A stretch of DNA of 64,000 nucleotides from Bacteroidota bacterium (GCA_008933805.1 WBUH01000005.1:128822-192821), one strand, 5' to 3'. Positions 10,457 through 20,104 are shown, counted from the first letter of the stretch. Made by a program: numbers and translations. The notes: generated by a model not told the origin, from the letters alone.

Positions 10457-11239
10457 ATGAAACCACAATTACTGTTTTGTTTGCTGTTCACCGTATTTGC
10501 AAGTAGTTGCGCCTTTAACACCTATACCTACATACCACAAATGCCTAACTCAGCTGCATTTAGCAATGCTGAGCAATTTAAAGCAAATGCTGCGCTGGGA
10601 CGTTCCCACCTCGAAGCACAAGTAGCCTATTCACCTGTGAAACATCTTGCTGTAAATGGTGGTGCATTTTTGGGAGAGCATAACCAAATGGCACTTGAGG
10701 GTGGCTTAACAGCATACACAAGGCTTATAAGAAGTAAGCATTTATTTGTAACAGCAGGAGGCTCACTTTCTCAAGGCAATATCAATACTTCGTTTGATGA
10801 TAAAAAGGATATTAAACAAGTAGATTTTTACTCAATCAACTGTAGCTATACCGGGAAACATTTTCAATACGGAATATATTGGCACGGTAACGATGTGTAT
10901 TTGAACCGTGGGCATAACAGAAGAACATTCGGGTTTATTATTAAACACAGCTACATTAATTATGAAAACTACAGTTATACTGAAATAGACAGGAGTTTCA
11001 GAGGAATTCCAACCATACTGAATGCCGTAAACAGAACACAATTAAGTATTAAGTCTTTAACGTTGATGGCTTTTTTAGAAAACGAAATTTCTAAGTATGC
11101 TATCATACTCGTTCAAACGGGACTTCAACCCAAATCAACTCCGATGATAGGTTTATTCGATGCCCCACGTCAGCAGCGGATATTTTGGCTACCTAGCCGC
11201 CCCTTTCTCAACATCGCGCTCGGTATTAAAATCGATTAA
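10457..11239 (+). CDS. Lipoprotein, member 2 of the paralogous family
   Basis: Lipobox FASSCA. The N-terminal block FNTYTYIPQMPNSAAF...SPVKHLAVNGGAFLG matches the protein at 2198. Confidence 0.55.
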   Translation: MKPQLLFCLLFTVFASSCAFNTYTYIPQMPNSAAFSNAEQFKANAALGRSHLEAQVAYSPVKHLAVNGGAFLGEHNQMALEGGLTAYTRLIRSKHLFVTAGGSLSQGNINTSFDDKKDIKQVDFYSINCSYTGKHFQYGIYWHGNDVYLNRGHNRRTFGFIIKHSYINYENYSYTEIDRSFRGIPTILNAVNRTQLSIKSLTLMAFLENEISKYAIILVQTGLQPKSTPMIGLFDAPRQQRIFWLPSRPFLNIALGIKID

Positions 11240-11256
11240 TGGTTTGTATAAAGGCA

Positions 11257-11283
11257 AAAGCCCCGACGATGCGGGGCCTTTTA
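11257..11283. terminator. Bidirectional rho-independent terminator
   Basis: GCCCCG-acgat-CGGGGC hairpin flanked by an A-run and a T-run, lying between convergent genes. Confidence 0.6.
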
Positions 11284-11310
11284 CACAACAAACATAATCT
11301 ATGAGAAATT

Positions 11311-13020
11311 TTACTGCTTATAGAATTTAAGATTCGCCTGCCCCTTCCCATCAGCACTTATCACTTTTGCTATGTAATATCCTTGGGGTAAGTGTGCAAT
11401 TGCAATTTCCAGCGTTGCCCCGTGTTCTGCAATGTATTGACCCTTGTAATACATCACCCCGTTTGCATTGCTTATCACAATTTCCGCAGTTTGCACACCA
11501 CCTACAGTTAGGTTTAGCACCTCTTGAGCAGGGTTGGGGAACAAGGCCATTTCAACTACTGGTGCGTTTTGGGCAGTTTGCTCAGTACCACAGTTACAAG
11601 TTCCTTCGGGAATAGCAGGGGTATTATCTGCCACAAGATCATGACCTTTATTTCCGCCTGTAGGAGCACGATGATTGGGTCGTTTTATTTCAATTTCAGT
11701 GCAATAGCTATCCTTGCACCTGCCATCACGATTACTGATATACAAACAGATGCGGTGCTTGCCGGGAGCTAATTTAGCAATGTAGTTTTCTAAGTTGCTA
11801 ACCCTTTGTCCGTCAATTACCCATGAATAGCTAAGATTGGTGCCTTTACTCATGTTGTAAAGCAACACTTTATACTCGTTCACCTCATACCTAAAGGCAG
11901 CCTGCAAGCGGCATGGTTCGGGCAACTTCACCTCTACTACTTTGCAAACGTGTTTCACACAGTTAGTGCCTTTAATTTTTACAGTAACGCAAACATTATA
12001 ACGACCCGACTCTCTGAATTGGAACATGAATCCTTCTCGTTCTGATACTTTACGTCCGTTTATGGTCCACTCGTACACCAAATCTTTACCTTCGGCTTCA
12101 GCAATAAATAAGGCTTTACCGCTATTATTAATCCTGTATTTAAATTCAACTTTCAGTTTAGCACAAGGGTCGGGACGTTTAATCTCTACCACCTTGCAAA
12201 TACGTTTTACGCAGTCTGTACCTTTAATTTTTACAACAAGGCAAACAGTATAGCGGCCGGGCTCCTTAAACTCAAACCTAAAGCCCTCTTTTTCAGAAAC
12301 CTTACGGCCATCCACAGTCCATTCATATACCAAGTTTTGTCCTTTTGTAGTACTTACAAATCCAACATTCTTCCCGTCAATCTCAAACCTGTAAGAGGCT
12401 TCCAATTCGTGGCAAGGGTCGCGCTTCACTTCAATGGTTTTGCAAATTGTTTCGCGGCATTTACCATCCCTGCTCACCACTGTAAGGCATACTTTGTAGA
12501 TTCCGGGTTGTTTAAAATCAAACTCCGGGTTAGGGCGGTCGCTTGTATGTCCGTTACCAAACTCCCACTTATATACCCAATCGTTCAGGTTGCTTTTAAC
12601 TTCACTTTTCAAATAGGCTACAGTTCCTTTTAATTCCACCCCAAAGCCAATTTCAAGGCGGCAAGGTTCTTTTATTTCCACCCGTTTACACACCGTATCG
12701 GCACAACGACGCACAGTGTTTTCAAACTTGTATTCACGTTTCACAATCAGGCACACCACATACACACCCTGTTTTTTAAAAGTATGTTCGGTACTACTGT
12801 TATGAGCCGTTGTATTATCGCCAAAGCTCCACAAATATTCAGTCCCGGTAGTTTGTGAACCTGTAGATTTTGCAGTGATTTTATAACCGTCTGTTTTCAG
12901 TTCAAAATTTGCATTGCATTCCCTGTTTTGTGCTTGTACGGCATTCCCTGCCAATAAGCAAATGGCCATCACCATCAATGATGCCAACACTTTAGTCAAA
13001 ATAGTAATCGTGTTTTTCAT
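11311..13020 (-). CDS. Secreted protein with five tandem PKD/Ig-like repeats of about 83 aa and a T9SS C-terminal sorting domain
   Basis: Signal peptide. Five repeats share W-x-FGDG-like motifs (YLWSFGDNT, YKWEFGNGH, YEWTVDG) and four conserved Cys each. The C-terminal tail LFPNPAQEVLNL...YYIAKV is a T9SS type-A CTD. Confidence 0.75.
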   Translation of the reverse strand: MKNTITILTKVLASLMVMAICLLAGNAVQAQNRECNANFELKTDGYKITAKSTGSQTTGTEYLWSFGDNTTAHNSSTEHTFKKQGVYVVCLIVKREYKFENTVRRCADTVCKRVEIKEPCRLEIGFGVELKGTVAYLKSEVKSNLNDWVYKWEFGNGHTSDRPNPEFDFKQPGIYKVCLTVVSRDGKCRETICKTIEVKRDPCHELEASYRFEIDGKNVGFVSTTKGQNLVYEWTVDGRKVSEKEGFRFEFKEPGRYTVCLVVKIKGTDCVKRICKVVEIKRPDPCAKLKVEFKYRINNSGKALFIAEAEGKDLVYEWTINGRKVSEREGFMFQFRESGRYNVCVTVKIKGTNCVKHVCKVVEVKLPEPCRLQAAFRYEVNEYKVLLYNMSKGTNLSYSWVIDGQRVSNLENYIAKLAPGKHRICLYISNRDGRCKDSYCTEIEIKRPNHRAPTGGNKGHDLVADNTPAIPEGTCNCGTEQTAQNAPVVEMALFPNPAQEVLNLTVGGVQTAEIVISNANGVMYYKGQYIAEHGATLEIAIAHLPQGYYIAKVISADGKGQANLKFYKQ

Positions 13021-13177
13021 AATTGTAAGGGTTTGATTTTATTAATTAGTCGGGATGGTTTATAAACGGTTGTAAAATTTTTTAAACTATTTTTTATCAC
13101 CAACGGATATACACAAAAAAGCCACTGTTAGCAATTACTTGCACACAGTGGCTAATATCAAAAATGCTCTGTTGGCG

Positions 13178-15661
13178 TTACTGTTTCACAAACTTTGTGT
13201 GTGTGGTGGTGGTACCTGTTGAAACTGTCAAAAAGTAAACCCCTTGCGCCAGTCCTGTAATATCAATATCTGTTTTTCCCCCGCTAAAGGGTTGCGTTGC
13301 AAGGCAAATACGTCCCTGCATATCACTAATTGTAATCTTACTTTCACCCTCATCCTCAGTAACCACCGTTAATTGTGTAGTTGCGGGATTGGGATACACC
13401 GCAATGCCTTGTTCACTAATTAGCATAGCCGCACTTTGCAGCCTATCCATAGTGCAATACACTTTATTGGTAGTATGTTGGGTAGCAAAGTCAAACCACA
13501 CTTCGGCCTTGTTCTTCACAAGTGTTCCGGCAGGTGTTTTATCACTCATACGTATCTTAAACCGTATGTGTCCCCTGTTATCAACAAAATCACTGCTGTG
13601 TAATAAGTTGGGCGGTAAATTAATATTAGAAAAAGTCCATATTAATACCCCTTTACCCAATTGCGGGGGCAGATTTACCACCTGTGTGGTGTATGGATGG
13701 CTGGCACCTAATTCTTGTATGTATTCAATACTCAGGTTCAAATCTATTGTATCCACCACCACCACCGTTTGTATGGTATCGTTGGTAGTGTTTTCAAACC
13801 GTATCAGATACTCAACATCGTGCTGGCCGCCATTAATATCAAATATTGTTACACTGTCGCCCGTTTTCGGCTCAGGAAAAATATACTTCCAGTTAATTAT
13901 AGTGTCATTATCAACCGTTTGTTGCAGTGTGTCGTAATTATCAGTACCAAAAACATCGTTCACACTGGCTGCATCTGCTAAAAACTCAATTTGTCCCGTA
14001 GAAGCACCTTCAACCTTGCCTTTAAACGCAATCGTTTTTTCTTCGCCGGGGTCAAGACTACTAAACTCCCATTGCGCCACCCCACCCGTAATAGATTGTG
14101 GCGGAGGTATGGCCGAGAAGTTTTTAAACCCTGTATCGATTTTCAATTTCAACTTGCCTTGAGAAATAGCTTTACCTCCATTATTTTTATAACTCAACGT
14201 GTAAAACTCTGTTATCCCCCTGCGGGCTTTGTAACCTGCATTAGGCAATATTTTAATCCCCACATCCTCAATACTTCCATCAAGGCGAAGGGCAAAATCG
14301 GCTGTATCAAAAATCACATTGTTGGTAGCTGGCGTAAACTGGTATAACGTAGGATTACAGCTACTTAGCGACCAATATTTTTTGGGTAAAATGGTAATGG
14401 GGTAAGTTCCGCTGCGGGGCACTACAAAAAAGTATATCCCTTCCCTATCCGTATAGGTAACCACCAACCCGTTAAATAAGCGCAATACTTGGCCAGCCAA
14501 AGGTTTCTCGCCTACATCACGACGGCAGTTATTATTTGCATCGTGGTACACTCTGCCGGCTATAATGGCTAAATCGTTATCAAACTCAGCAACGCGGTTC
14601 AATTGTATCCTGCCGAAACTTAAAAAGTTACCCGTAGCAAAAAAACGGTTTTTAAATCCCTTTAAAAATCTTACACCTGTTAGGTTTATCTCATCAAGCG
14701 TTAGCCATGAGGTATCCGACCATTTAATAATACTGTTGTTTTTGGGTGAGATATTAAACGACCCGCAAGCCCATATTTCATTATCAAAAAACTCAAGGTC
14801 ACTGAATACCGCAAGGTGTAAGTTGGGAAAACCCTTTGTACGGCTTTGCCAACCGCCATTTATGTATGAATAGATTATACGGTCTGAGTTATTTCCCAAG
14901 CCAACGGCCATTAATTCGGTTTTTGCGTTTTGCAAATGAGCAATTGAATGAAACGGACTTGTAGAATCGGCAATGGTGGATGAGCCTTTCAGTTTAAATA
15001 TGGGTACGCTTTTATTGCTTATGGCATGGGTATAATTACCACACACAAACAACGAATCATTAAACACTTCCAAATTAAGTGCTTGACCTATATAGGCCCC
15101 GCCTTGCAGTCCGTCAACCCCTTCCCACTTAAACCCGTTAAATTTTGCTATTCCGTTGGCTCTGGTGGTATCAATACGCGAAAACCCGCCCGCAGCATAT
15201 AAAAACCCGTCAAACACTTTTAAAGCATTTATACGGATAGGGCTTTGGTCTTCAACACGACGTCTGGCTGCATTCAGCCATTTTTTACCGTCAAGTACTA
15301 ATAGTCCTGTTTTTGGTGATGCTAAAAACACAGTATCAAAAAAACCGCCTGCATATAACTTATCCTTATACCATTCTACAGAGGTAATGTATGATTCAGG
15401 GCCGGCTACAAACGTTGACAAGTCTTGCCAAAAGAACCCGTTCCAACGTGCCACAGCAAATATTTTGTTTTTGTTGGGTGCCGTAGTCGAGTCAACAAAG
15501 GCAAAATACATATTATCGTTTGTTGAAGTAACTGCAACAGGAATTTGCTGAAAACCCTGTCCCAGCGGCTTCCATATTTGTGCAGTAGTGTTCAGGGTAC
15601 CTAATATACCCAACAATAACAGTATGCCTGTAAGTCTCAAAAACTTCATCAACGGATTCAC
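13178..15661 (-). CDS. Large T9SS-secreted protein with an N-terminal beta-propeller-like region, an SdrD/CnaB-like domain and a DUF11-like repeat
   Basis: Signal peptide. CnaB-like segment GRVYHDANNNCRRDVGEKPLAGQV. C-terminal tail VYPNPATTQLTV...GVYFLTV is a T9SS CTD. Overlaps the upstream gene by 4 nt, so it belongs to the same operon. Confidence 0.7.
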   Translation of the reverse strand: MNPLMKFLRLTGILLLLGILGTLNTTAQIWKPLGQGFQQIPVAVTSTNDNMYFAFVDSTTAPNKNKIFAVARWNGFFWQDLSTFVAGPESYITSVEWYKDKLYAGGFFDTVFLASPKTGLLVLDGKKWLNAARRRVEDQSPIRINALKVFDGFLYAAGGFSRIDTTRANGIAKFNGFKWEGVDGLQGGAYIGQALNLEVFNDSLFVCGNYTHAISNKSVPIFKLKGSSTIADSTSPFHSIAHLQNAKTELMAVGLGNNSDRIIYSYINGGWQSRTKGFPNLHLAVFSDLEFFDNEIWACGSFNISPKNNSIIKWSDTSWLTLDEINLTGVRFLKGFKNRFFATGNFLSFGRIQLNRVAEFDNDLAIIAGRVYHDANNNCRRDVGEKPLAGQVLRLFNGLVVTYTDREGIYFFVVPRSGTYPITILPKKYWSLSSCNPTLYQFTPATNNVIFDTADFALRLDGSIEDVGIKILPNAGYKARRGITEFYTLSYKNNGGKAISQGKLKLKIDTGFKNFSAIPPPQSITGGVAQWEFSSLDPGEEKTIAFKGKVEGASTGQIEFLADAASVNDVFGTDNYDTLQQTVDNDTIINWKYIFPEPKTGDSVTIFDINGGQHDVEYLIRFENTTNDTIQTVVVVDTIDLNLSIEYIQELGASHPYTTQVVNLPPQLGKGVLIWTFSNINLPPNLLHSSDFVDNRGHIRFKIRMSDKTPAGTLVKNKAEVWFDFATQHTTNKVYCTMDRLQSAAMLISEQGIAVYPNPATTQLTVVTEDEGESKITISDMQGRICLATQPFSGGKTDIDITGLAQGVYFLTVSTGTTTTHTKFVKQ

Positions 15662-17079
15662 TTCGTTAAATTATAATTTATACCCAAATGTAACCCAAAA
15701 TTACGCGGACGCACTACTGTGCCAATCGCATTGCTATACAAGCCACCTGCAAAACGACTCATTTGCAAGCCCACATTTACCTGCCATTGCGGGCTTAACT
15801 TATAATATACCCCCGTTTGTATAGCTACACTTGCGTTCCATTTGCGCAAAACATCTTTTTGTTTTGCTGCATCGATACTAAACAAGCTAAAGGGACTTAT
15901 CGCCTCACCGCTCACACTTGCCAGTCGCTGCAACTGAATACTGCCGCCAAATTGCAGCCCGATTTTTTCGGTTAGTTTCAAGTTATAACTTGCTTGTAAA
16001 GGCAATGTAACGTAGGTATATCTGCTACTAATGGTAAGGTTTTGGCTGCTGTCCCTAAAATTGGTATAAAAATACCCGATAATTTGTCCGCCGGGGTTAA
16101 ATACAGGTACCGAGTCGTACACCTGATGGGTATAGCGGTAATTACCGCGGGTTCCTACAGAAGTAATACCAATACCGGAGCCAAAAGACCAGTCATTGAT
16201 TTTGTAATTGATGGTGATAAGCGATGTTATTGCCAAGCCGGCTTTAGTGCCGTTGCGCAATATGCTGCCGTACTTGGTTTGGTCTTGAGCTGCAAACATT
16301 GAGGCTGTAGGCGATAAATTAAACCCGATACTAAAAGGCGAGAGTTTGCCAAGCGTTGGGTTTTTTGTTGTTTTTGACTCAGGCTCAATACTATCAACCT
16401 TCGCTACTGAAGGTTCTGACTCCTCTTGGGGTTTTGTGGTATCATTAGTCGCTATCACTATTGGTTTTGTGTCGGCTATCGGAGTTTCATCATGGCTTGC
16501 CTCAATGGGCTTACTGTCTTCTTTATTCTCAGTTTCTTTTGCTGTTGATGTTTCCTTGCTGCCTGCACCCGCACCATTATCAGTGCTTGGCTTGTCGGTA
16601 GTTTCTTTTCCGCCCGATTTATTATTACCCGACTGTTTAGGGGCAGTTTTTTGCTTAGGCTGTACAGACTTATTATCATCCGCAAACTTCGATTCAGATT
16701 GAGTTGTGGTAGTATCAGAACCTAAACCACTGTTGCTGTTTTCTGTTTCAGAAGATGGGGTTTGTGTACTTCCGTTTTGTGGGCTGTGAGAAGAAGTGTT
16801 TGAATTTGTAGGCTGCTCGGTTGAGTTTGTTGTTTGTTGTTGAGCGAACGTAGCAGCATTAGTATCTTTAGTATCACTGATAAGATAAATACCCGTGCCT
16901 GTGCCTAACAGCAACAAAACTCCCACTACCCACAGCCACATTATGCGACGTTTCCGGCGTTTTTGGGCAGCAGCCAACGAGGCCTGCATAGCAAACCAAT
17001 CGTTGCCCTCAACAGGTAACTGCATATTACCCAAGCCACGGCGGAAAAAATCGTCAATATGTATTCTCTTCTTAGTCAA
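15658..17079 (-). CDS. Anti-sigma-like membrane protein with a C-terminal outer-membrane beta-barrel (PorT/OmpA-like) domain
   Basis: Short cytoplasmic N-terminus, one transmembrane segment, an S/T/N-rich low-complexity linker, and a C-terminal beta-barrel of about 230 aa with an aromatic terminal residue pattern. Overlaps the ECF sigma gene by 8 nt. Confidence 0.55.
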   Translation of the reverse strand: MTKKRIHIDDFFRRGLGNMQLPVEGNDWFAMQASLAAAQKRRKRRIMWLWVVGVLLLLGTGTGIYLISDTKDTNAATFAQQQTTNSTEQPTNSNTSSHSPQNGSTQTPSSETENSNSGLGSDTTTTQSESKFADDNKSVQPKQKTAPKQSGNNKSGGKETTDKPSTDNGAGAGSKETSTAKETENKEDSKPIEASHDETPIADTKPIVIATNDTTKPQEESEPSVAKVDSIEPESKTTKNPTLGKLSPFSIGFNLSPTASMFAAQDQTKYGSILRNGTKAGLAITSLITINYKINDWSFGSGIGITSVGTRGNYRYTHQVYDSVPVFNPGGQIIGYFYTNFRDSSQNLTISSRYTYVTLPLQASYNLKLTEKIGLQFGGSIQLQRLASVSGEAISPFSLFSIDAAKQKDVLRKWNASVAIQTGVYYKLSPQWQVNVGLQMSRFAGGLYSNAIGTVVRPRNFGLHLGINYNLTK

Positions 17080-17620
17080 TTAGTTTCTTGTCTTTTAATG
17101 CTTTTTTAAGCAAATCTCTTGCACGCGATAACTGCGATTTTGATGTACCCTCAGATATTCCCAGCATTTGGGCTATATCCTTGTGCCCGTATCCTTCAAT
17201 AGCATATAAATTAAATACCAGTTTACTGCCCTTAGGCAACTCATCCACCAGCTGCAACAACACATCTTCACTCACTTCGGGGCCCGGGTCGTCAATCTCG
17301 TGCTCCACATCATACTCCTCACCGTCCTTCATGTTATCAAACAACTGCGAAACCTTCGTTTTCTTCTTAAAAAAATCAATCGAAGTGTTTATCATAATCC
17401 GCGTTATCCATGTTTCCAGCGTGCTGTTAAACTTAAACTTGCCGATATTCATAAACACCTTCACAAATGCCTCGTGCATTATATCCTTGGCATCGTCCCT
17501 ATCGTTGCAGTAGCGGTAGCACACCGCCAGCATTTTAGGCGCTAGCCTTTGGTACAACACCTGTTGCATCTTAGGGTCGTTATCAGCACAGCCCTTAACT
17601 ATATCGTTATCATTCCACAC
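17072..17620 (-). CDS. ECF-type RNA polymerase sigma-70 factor
   Basis: Sigma-70 region 2 (LAPKMLAVCYRYCNDRDDAKDIMHEAFVKVF) and a region 4 helix-turn-helix (GYGHKDIAQMLGISEGTSKSQLSRAR). Confidence 0.85.
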   Translation of the reverse strand: MWNDNDIVKGCADNDPKMQQVLYQRLAPKMLAVCYRYCNDRDDAKDIMHEAFVKVFMNIGKFKFNSTLETWITRIMINTSIDFFKKKTKVSQLFDNMKDGEEYDVEHEIDDPGPEVSEDVLLQLVDELPKGSKLVFNLYAIEGYGHKDIAQMLGISEGTSKSQLSRARDLLKKALKDKKLID

Positions 17621-17764
17621 GCAGGTTTAAACACTATTTTGACATAGATACTTAACGAAGGTTGGAAAATTTCTTCAAAAATTTCTCTGCACTTGCCAAA
17701 GCATCAAAACAAAGTTAGGAAATGATGTTAACCCTAATGACTAGAGACCTTCCTAAAACAGAAA

Positions 17765-17961
17765 AGCGGAGCAGGGTTTAAACCTTGCTCCGCTTATAGC
17801 TCAACAACGGTGGGTTTCATACCCACCTCCACCGCCCCCCAACGGCCATTCCGTCACCCCGACGGGCATAAAGCCCGCCGCTATCAAAGGGTTCCGTCCC
17901 GAATGGTTTTAAACCATTCGGGACGTTACACCCCAAAAGCCCTGAATTTTATATTCAGGGC
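17765..17961. other. Cluster of five consecutive strong hairpins. The last one, followed by a T-run on the minus strand, is the terminator of the glycosyltransferase gene.
   Basis: H1 17765-17795 AGCGGAGCAGGGTTTAAACCTTGCTCCGCT. H2 17809-17827 GGTGGGTttcatACCCACC. H3 about 17860-17880. H4 17896-17924 with a 14-bp perfect stem GTCCCGAATGGTTT/AAACCATTCGGGAC. H5 17938-17961 GCCCTGAATtttatATTCAGGGC. Confidence 0.6.
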
Positions 17962-19067
17962 AACATTGGGTTTTGTACCCACCTTAAATAATTATTTAGC
18001 ACATCTTCCCTAACCCCGTTCACCCTATCCATCACATAATGCTCGCGTACGGTTTCGTGCAGGGCTTCGCCCAACTCTTGGCGCAACGTGGGCGTTTGTA
18101 TCAACTTCTTAATGTACTTGTACCAATCGGTTTTATTATTCTCAACAAACAGCAAGTTCTTATAATGCTCGCCCAGCAACGTGTACGGATACACCTTTGA
18201 TACCACACAAGGCTTCTTAAACCAGCCTGCCTCCAGCAATTTCAACGGGCTTTTACAGCGATTAAACGACGTATCGGCCAACGGCACAATACACACATCC
18301 AGTTTATTGTATAACGTGGCATAATGCCGTATATCAAGCCCATGCACCCGTTGGTAATTAGGCCTTGCCCGGCCTGCCGTAAAAATTTGCTCGTAATACC
18401 CCCACACATCAAAATTTTGGGGACTATACCCGCACAAATTCACCCCGAAATGAGGCTGCAACGGCGCATCTTCATACAGCTTCTCAAACCCACGCTGCAA
18501 CAACGGTATATCATCCGTATGGCACAAACCGCCCACCCAACCCACACGCACCACATCGCTGTACAAAGGTTGCGGCACAAATTGCGGCTGCTCAGGGTCG
18601 ATAGCATTAGGGGCAACCGCCACATTCTTATTCAGCTTGCGCACTTGGGCGGCCAAATGCGGTGTAGTCGTAATCACCGCAGTTGCATTTTTAAGCGCCA
18701 ACTCAATACGGTCGGCCATTCGGTGTTGCCGCCATTGGTCGTACAACAAATGCGAGGTTGGCAACCGCCAATAGTCGTCTACATCCACCACAAACGGAAT
18801 ACCCGCCTTTTTAAGTGCATTCAGCACCAACTCATCGCGGCCAAAATTGCTTAACACACGACTAAACACTACCACATCAAAATTTTCAAGACGGGTATTC
18901 TCAGGGTCAATTTCATTAATCTGATGCAATTCGATAGGGCTGCGCTGACTAAGATGGATAAAGGGTATCAGCAGGCGGTGGTATTCAACACCGCCCACAT
19001 TAAAAGGGTCGCTCTTACTCCTGTAATTTACCACCAGCAACACCTTAGTCTTGGTCGGCATACGCAC
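17955..19067 (-). CDS. Glycosyltransferase, GT-B fold, family 1/4-like
   Basis: Rossmann-like N- and C-halves and a C-terminal EX7E-like region. The function is clear only at family level. Confidence 0.6.
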   Translation of the reverse strand: MRMPTKTKVLLVVNYRSKSDPFNVGGVEYHRLLIPFIHLSQRSPIELHQINEIDPENTRLENFDVVVFSRVLSNFGRDELVLNALKKAGIPFVVDVDDYWRLPTSHLLYDQWRQHRMADRIELALKNATAVITTTPHLAAQVRKLNKNVAVAPNAIDPEQPQFVPQPLYSDVVRVGWVGGLCHTDDIPLLQRGFEKLYEDAPLQPHFGVNLCGYSPQNFDVWGYYEQIFTAGRARPNYQRVHGLDIRHYATLYNKLDVCIVPLADTSFNRCKSPLKLLEAGWFKKPCVVSKVYPYTLLGEHYKNLLFVENNKTDWYKYIKKLIQTPTLRQELGEALHETVREHYVMDRVNGVREDVLNNYLRWVQNPMLP

Positions 19068-19560
19068 GCACCTCCTTCACGTATTTCCTAAACATGTATA
19101 TCACCGATTTTAAAGGGATACCCGTCCTACGGCTCGCCTCTCTAAACGATTTACATTCCGAAACCTCTACACACAAACGCGCAGGGTAAAAATGGGGCGG
19201 CTCTTTACGACTATCATCTGCAATCTTCTTCAAAGCCCTCAACTCCCTACGGTTAATACCCTCGTGGTCAATAATCTCCTCCGCCACATCATACGTCTCA
19301 TCATCCCACGGCGAAAAAGGCTGTGTATATTTCTTGTTAAACAAACTGTACTTATCGTTCTTTTGCCAAATAATCATGCGGGCCACATACAATTTCAAAT
19401 AACCCTTCGCATGTATTTCAAGCACCTTTTCAGGTTTATCGTATAACTGGCATATTACTTCGTGCAATAAATCTTCATTATCCTGTTTTCCAACCGTTCC
19501 GCTAAGCAATTTCAATTGCGGGTCATTATATATCTCTTCAATTATTTTATTTAATTCCAT
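19045..19560 (-). CDS. Small divergent ECF-sigma-like protein of 171 aa
   Basis: Region-2-like segment DLLHEVICQLYDKPEKVLEIHAKGYLKLYVARMIIWQ and a C-terminal region-4-like helix-turn-helix (FREASRRTGIPLKSVIYMFRKYVKEVRA). Overlaps the glycosyltransferase start by 23 nt. Confidence 0.45.
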   Translation of the reverse strand: MELNKIIEEIYNDPQLKLLSGTVGKQDNEDLLHEVICQLYDKPEKVLEIHAKGYLKLYVARMIIWQKNDKYSLFNKKYTQPFSPWDDETYDVAEEIIDHEGINRRELRALKKIADDSRKEPPHFYPARLCVEVSECKSFREASRRTGIPLKSVIYMFRKYVKEVRAYADQD

Positions 19561-19792
19561 AACCTTTTGTTCTTATTTTGCTTCGTTCATCCGTTTTATG
19601 CGCATACCTTTACCTGTCAGTAGTTTTCACCGCTGTTTTGTAGGTTTACAGTTATGGTATCCTGTTATTTTTTTTGAAGGGCCTTTTACGATAGGGCGGC
19701 ACCCTTCCACTCCGAAAAATTCTTTTCCAATGTATTTTTTAGGCAGAGGTTATATCCTCCAAATCATTTTTTGCAATTAATAGGGCTGCGCT

Positions 19793-20104
19793 TCAACTCT
19801 TGTCTGCATTTGGCGCAGGCATCGATAAAATATCCTTAGGCAATGGTAAACTATCGGTAGTTAATCCCGCCACTTGATTATATAGTAGCGTGAGCGCCAT
19901 CCGCCACTCGGTATCCGTTCCTGCAAGGCCGTACCGTTCGTACGTTTCAATGTAGCTGGGTTGGTGCAGCAAACTCACCGTAAACGTCCCTTTCGTCCAC
20001 TTGCCCTCAATCTCAGCCAGTTGATTACCCTCAATGCGGGCTATACAAAAATTTTTTCCGTGGCGCACCGGCCCGTTCGTTAATTTTTTAATTAATACGT
20101 TCAT
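19793..20104 (-). CDS. Hypothetical protein of 104 aa
   Basis: ORF only. Start chosen at MNVLIKK. Confidence 0.35.
   Translation of the reverse strand: MNVLIKKLTNGPVRHGKNFCIARIEGNQLAEIEGKWTKGTFTVSLLHQPSYIETYERYGLAGTDTEWRMALTLLYNQVAGLTTDSLPLPKDILSMPAPNADKS

Noticed and set aside
17885-17925. tRNA-like T-loop resemblance (GGTTCCGTCCC)
   Set aside because: No cloverleaf can be drawn. The segment is part of a 14-bp perfect hairpin and has no acceptor or anticodon arms.
18324-18854. 176-aa plus-strand ORF inside the glycosyltransferase gene
   Set aside because: It is antisense to a well-supported gene, and its H/R/Q-rich low-complexity composition is typical of shadow ORFs.
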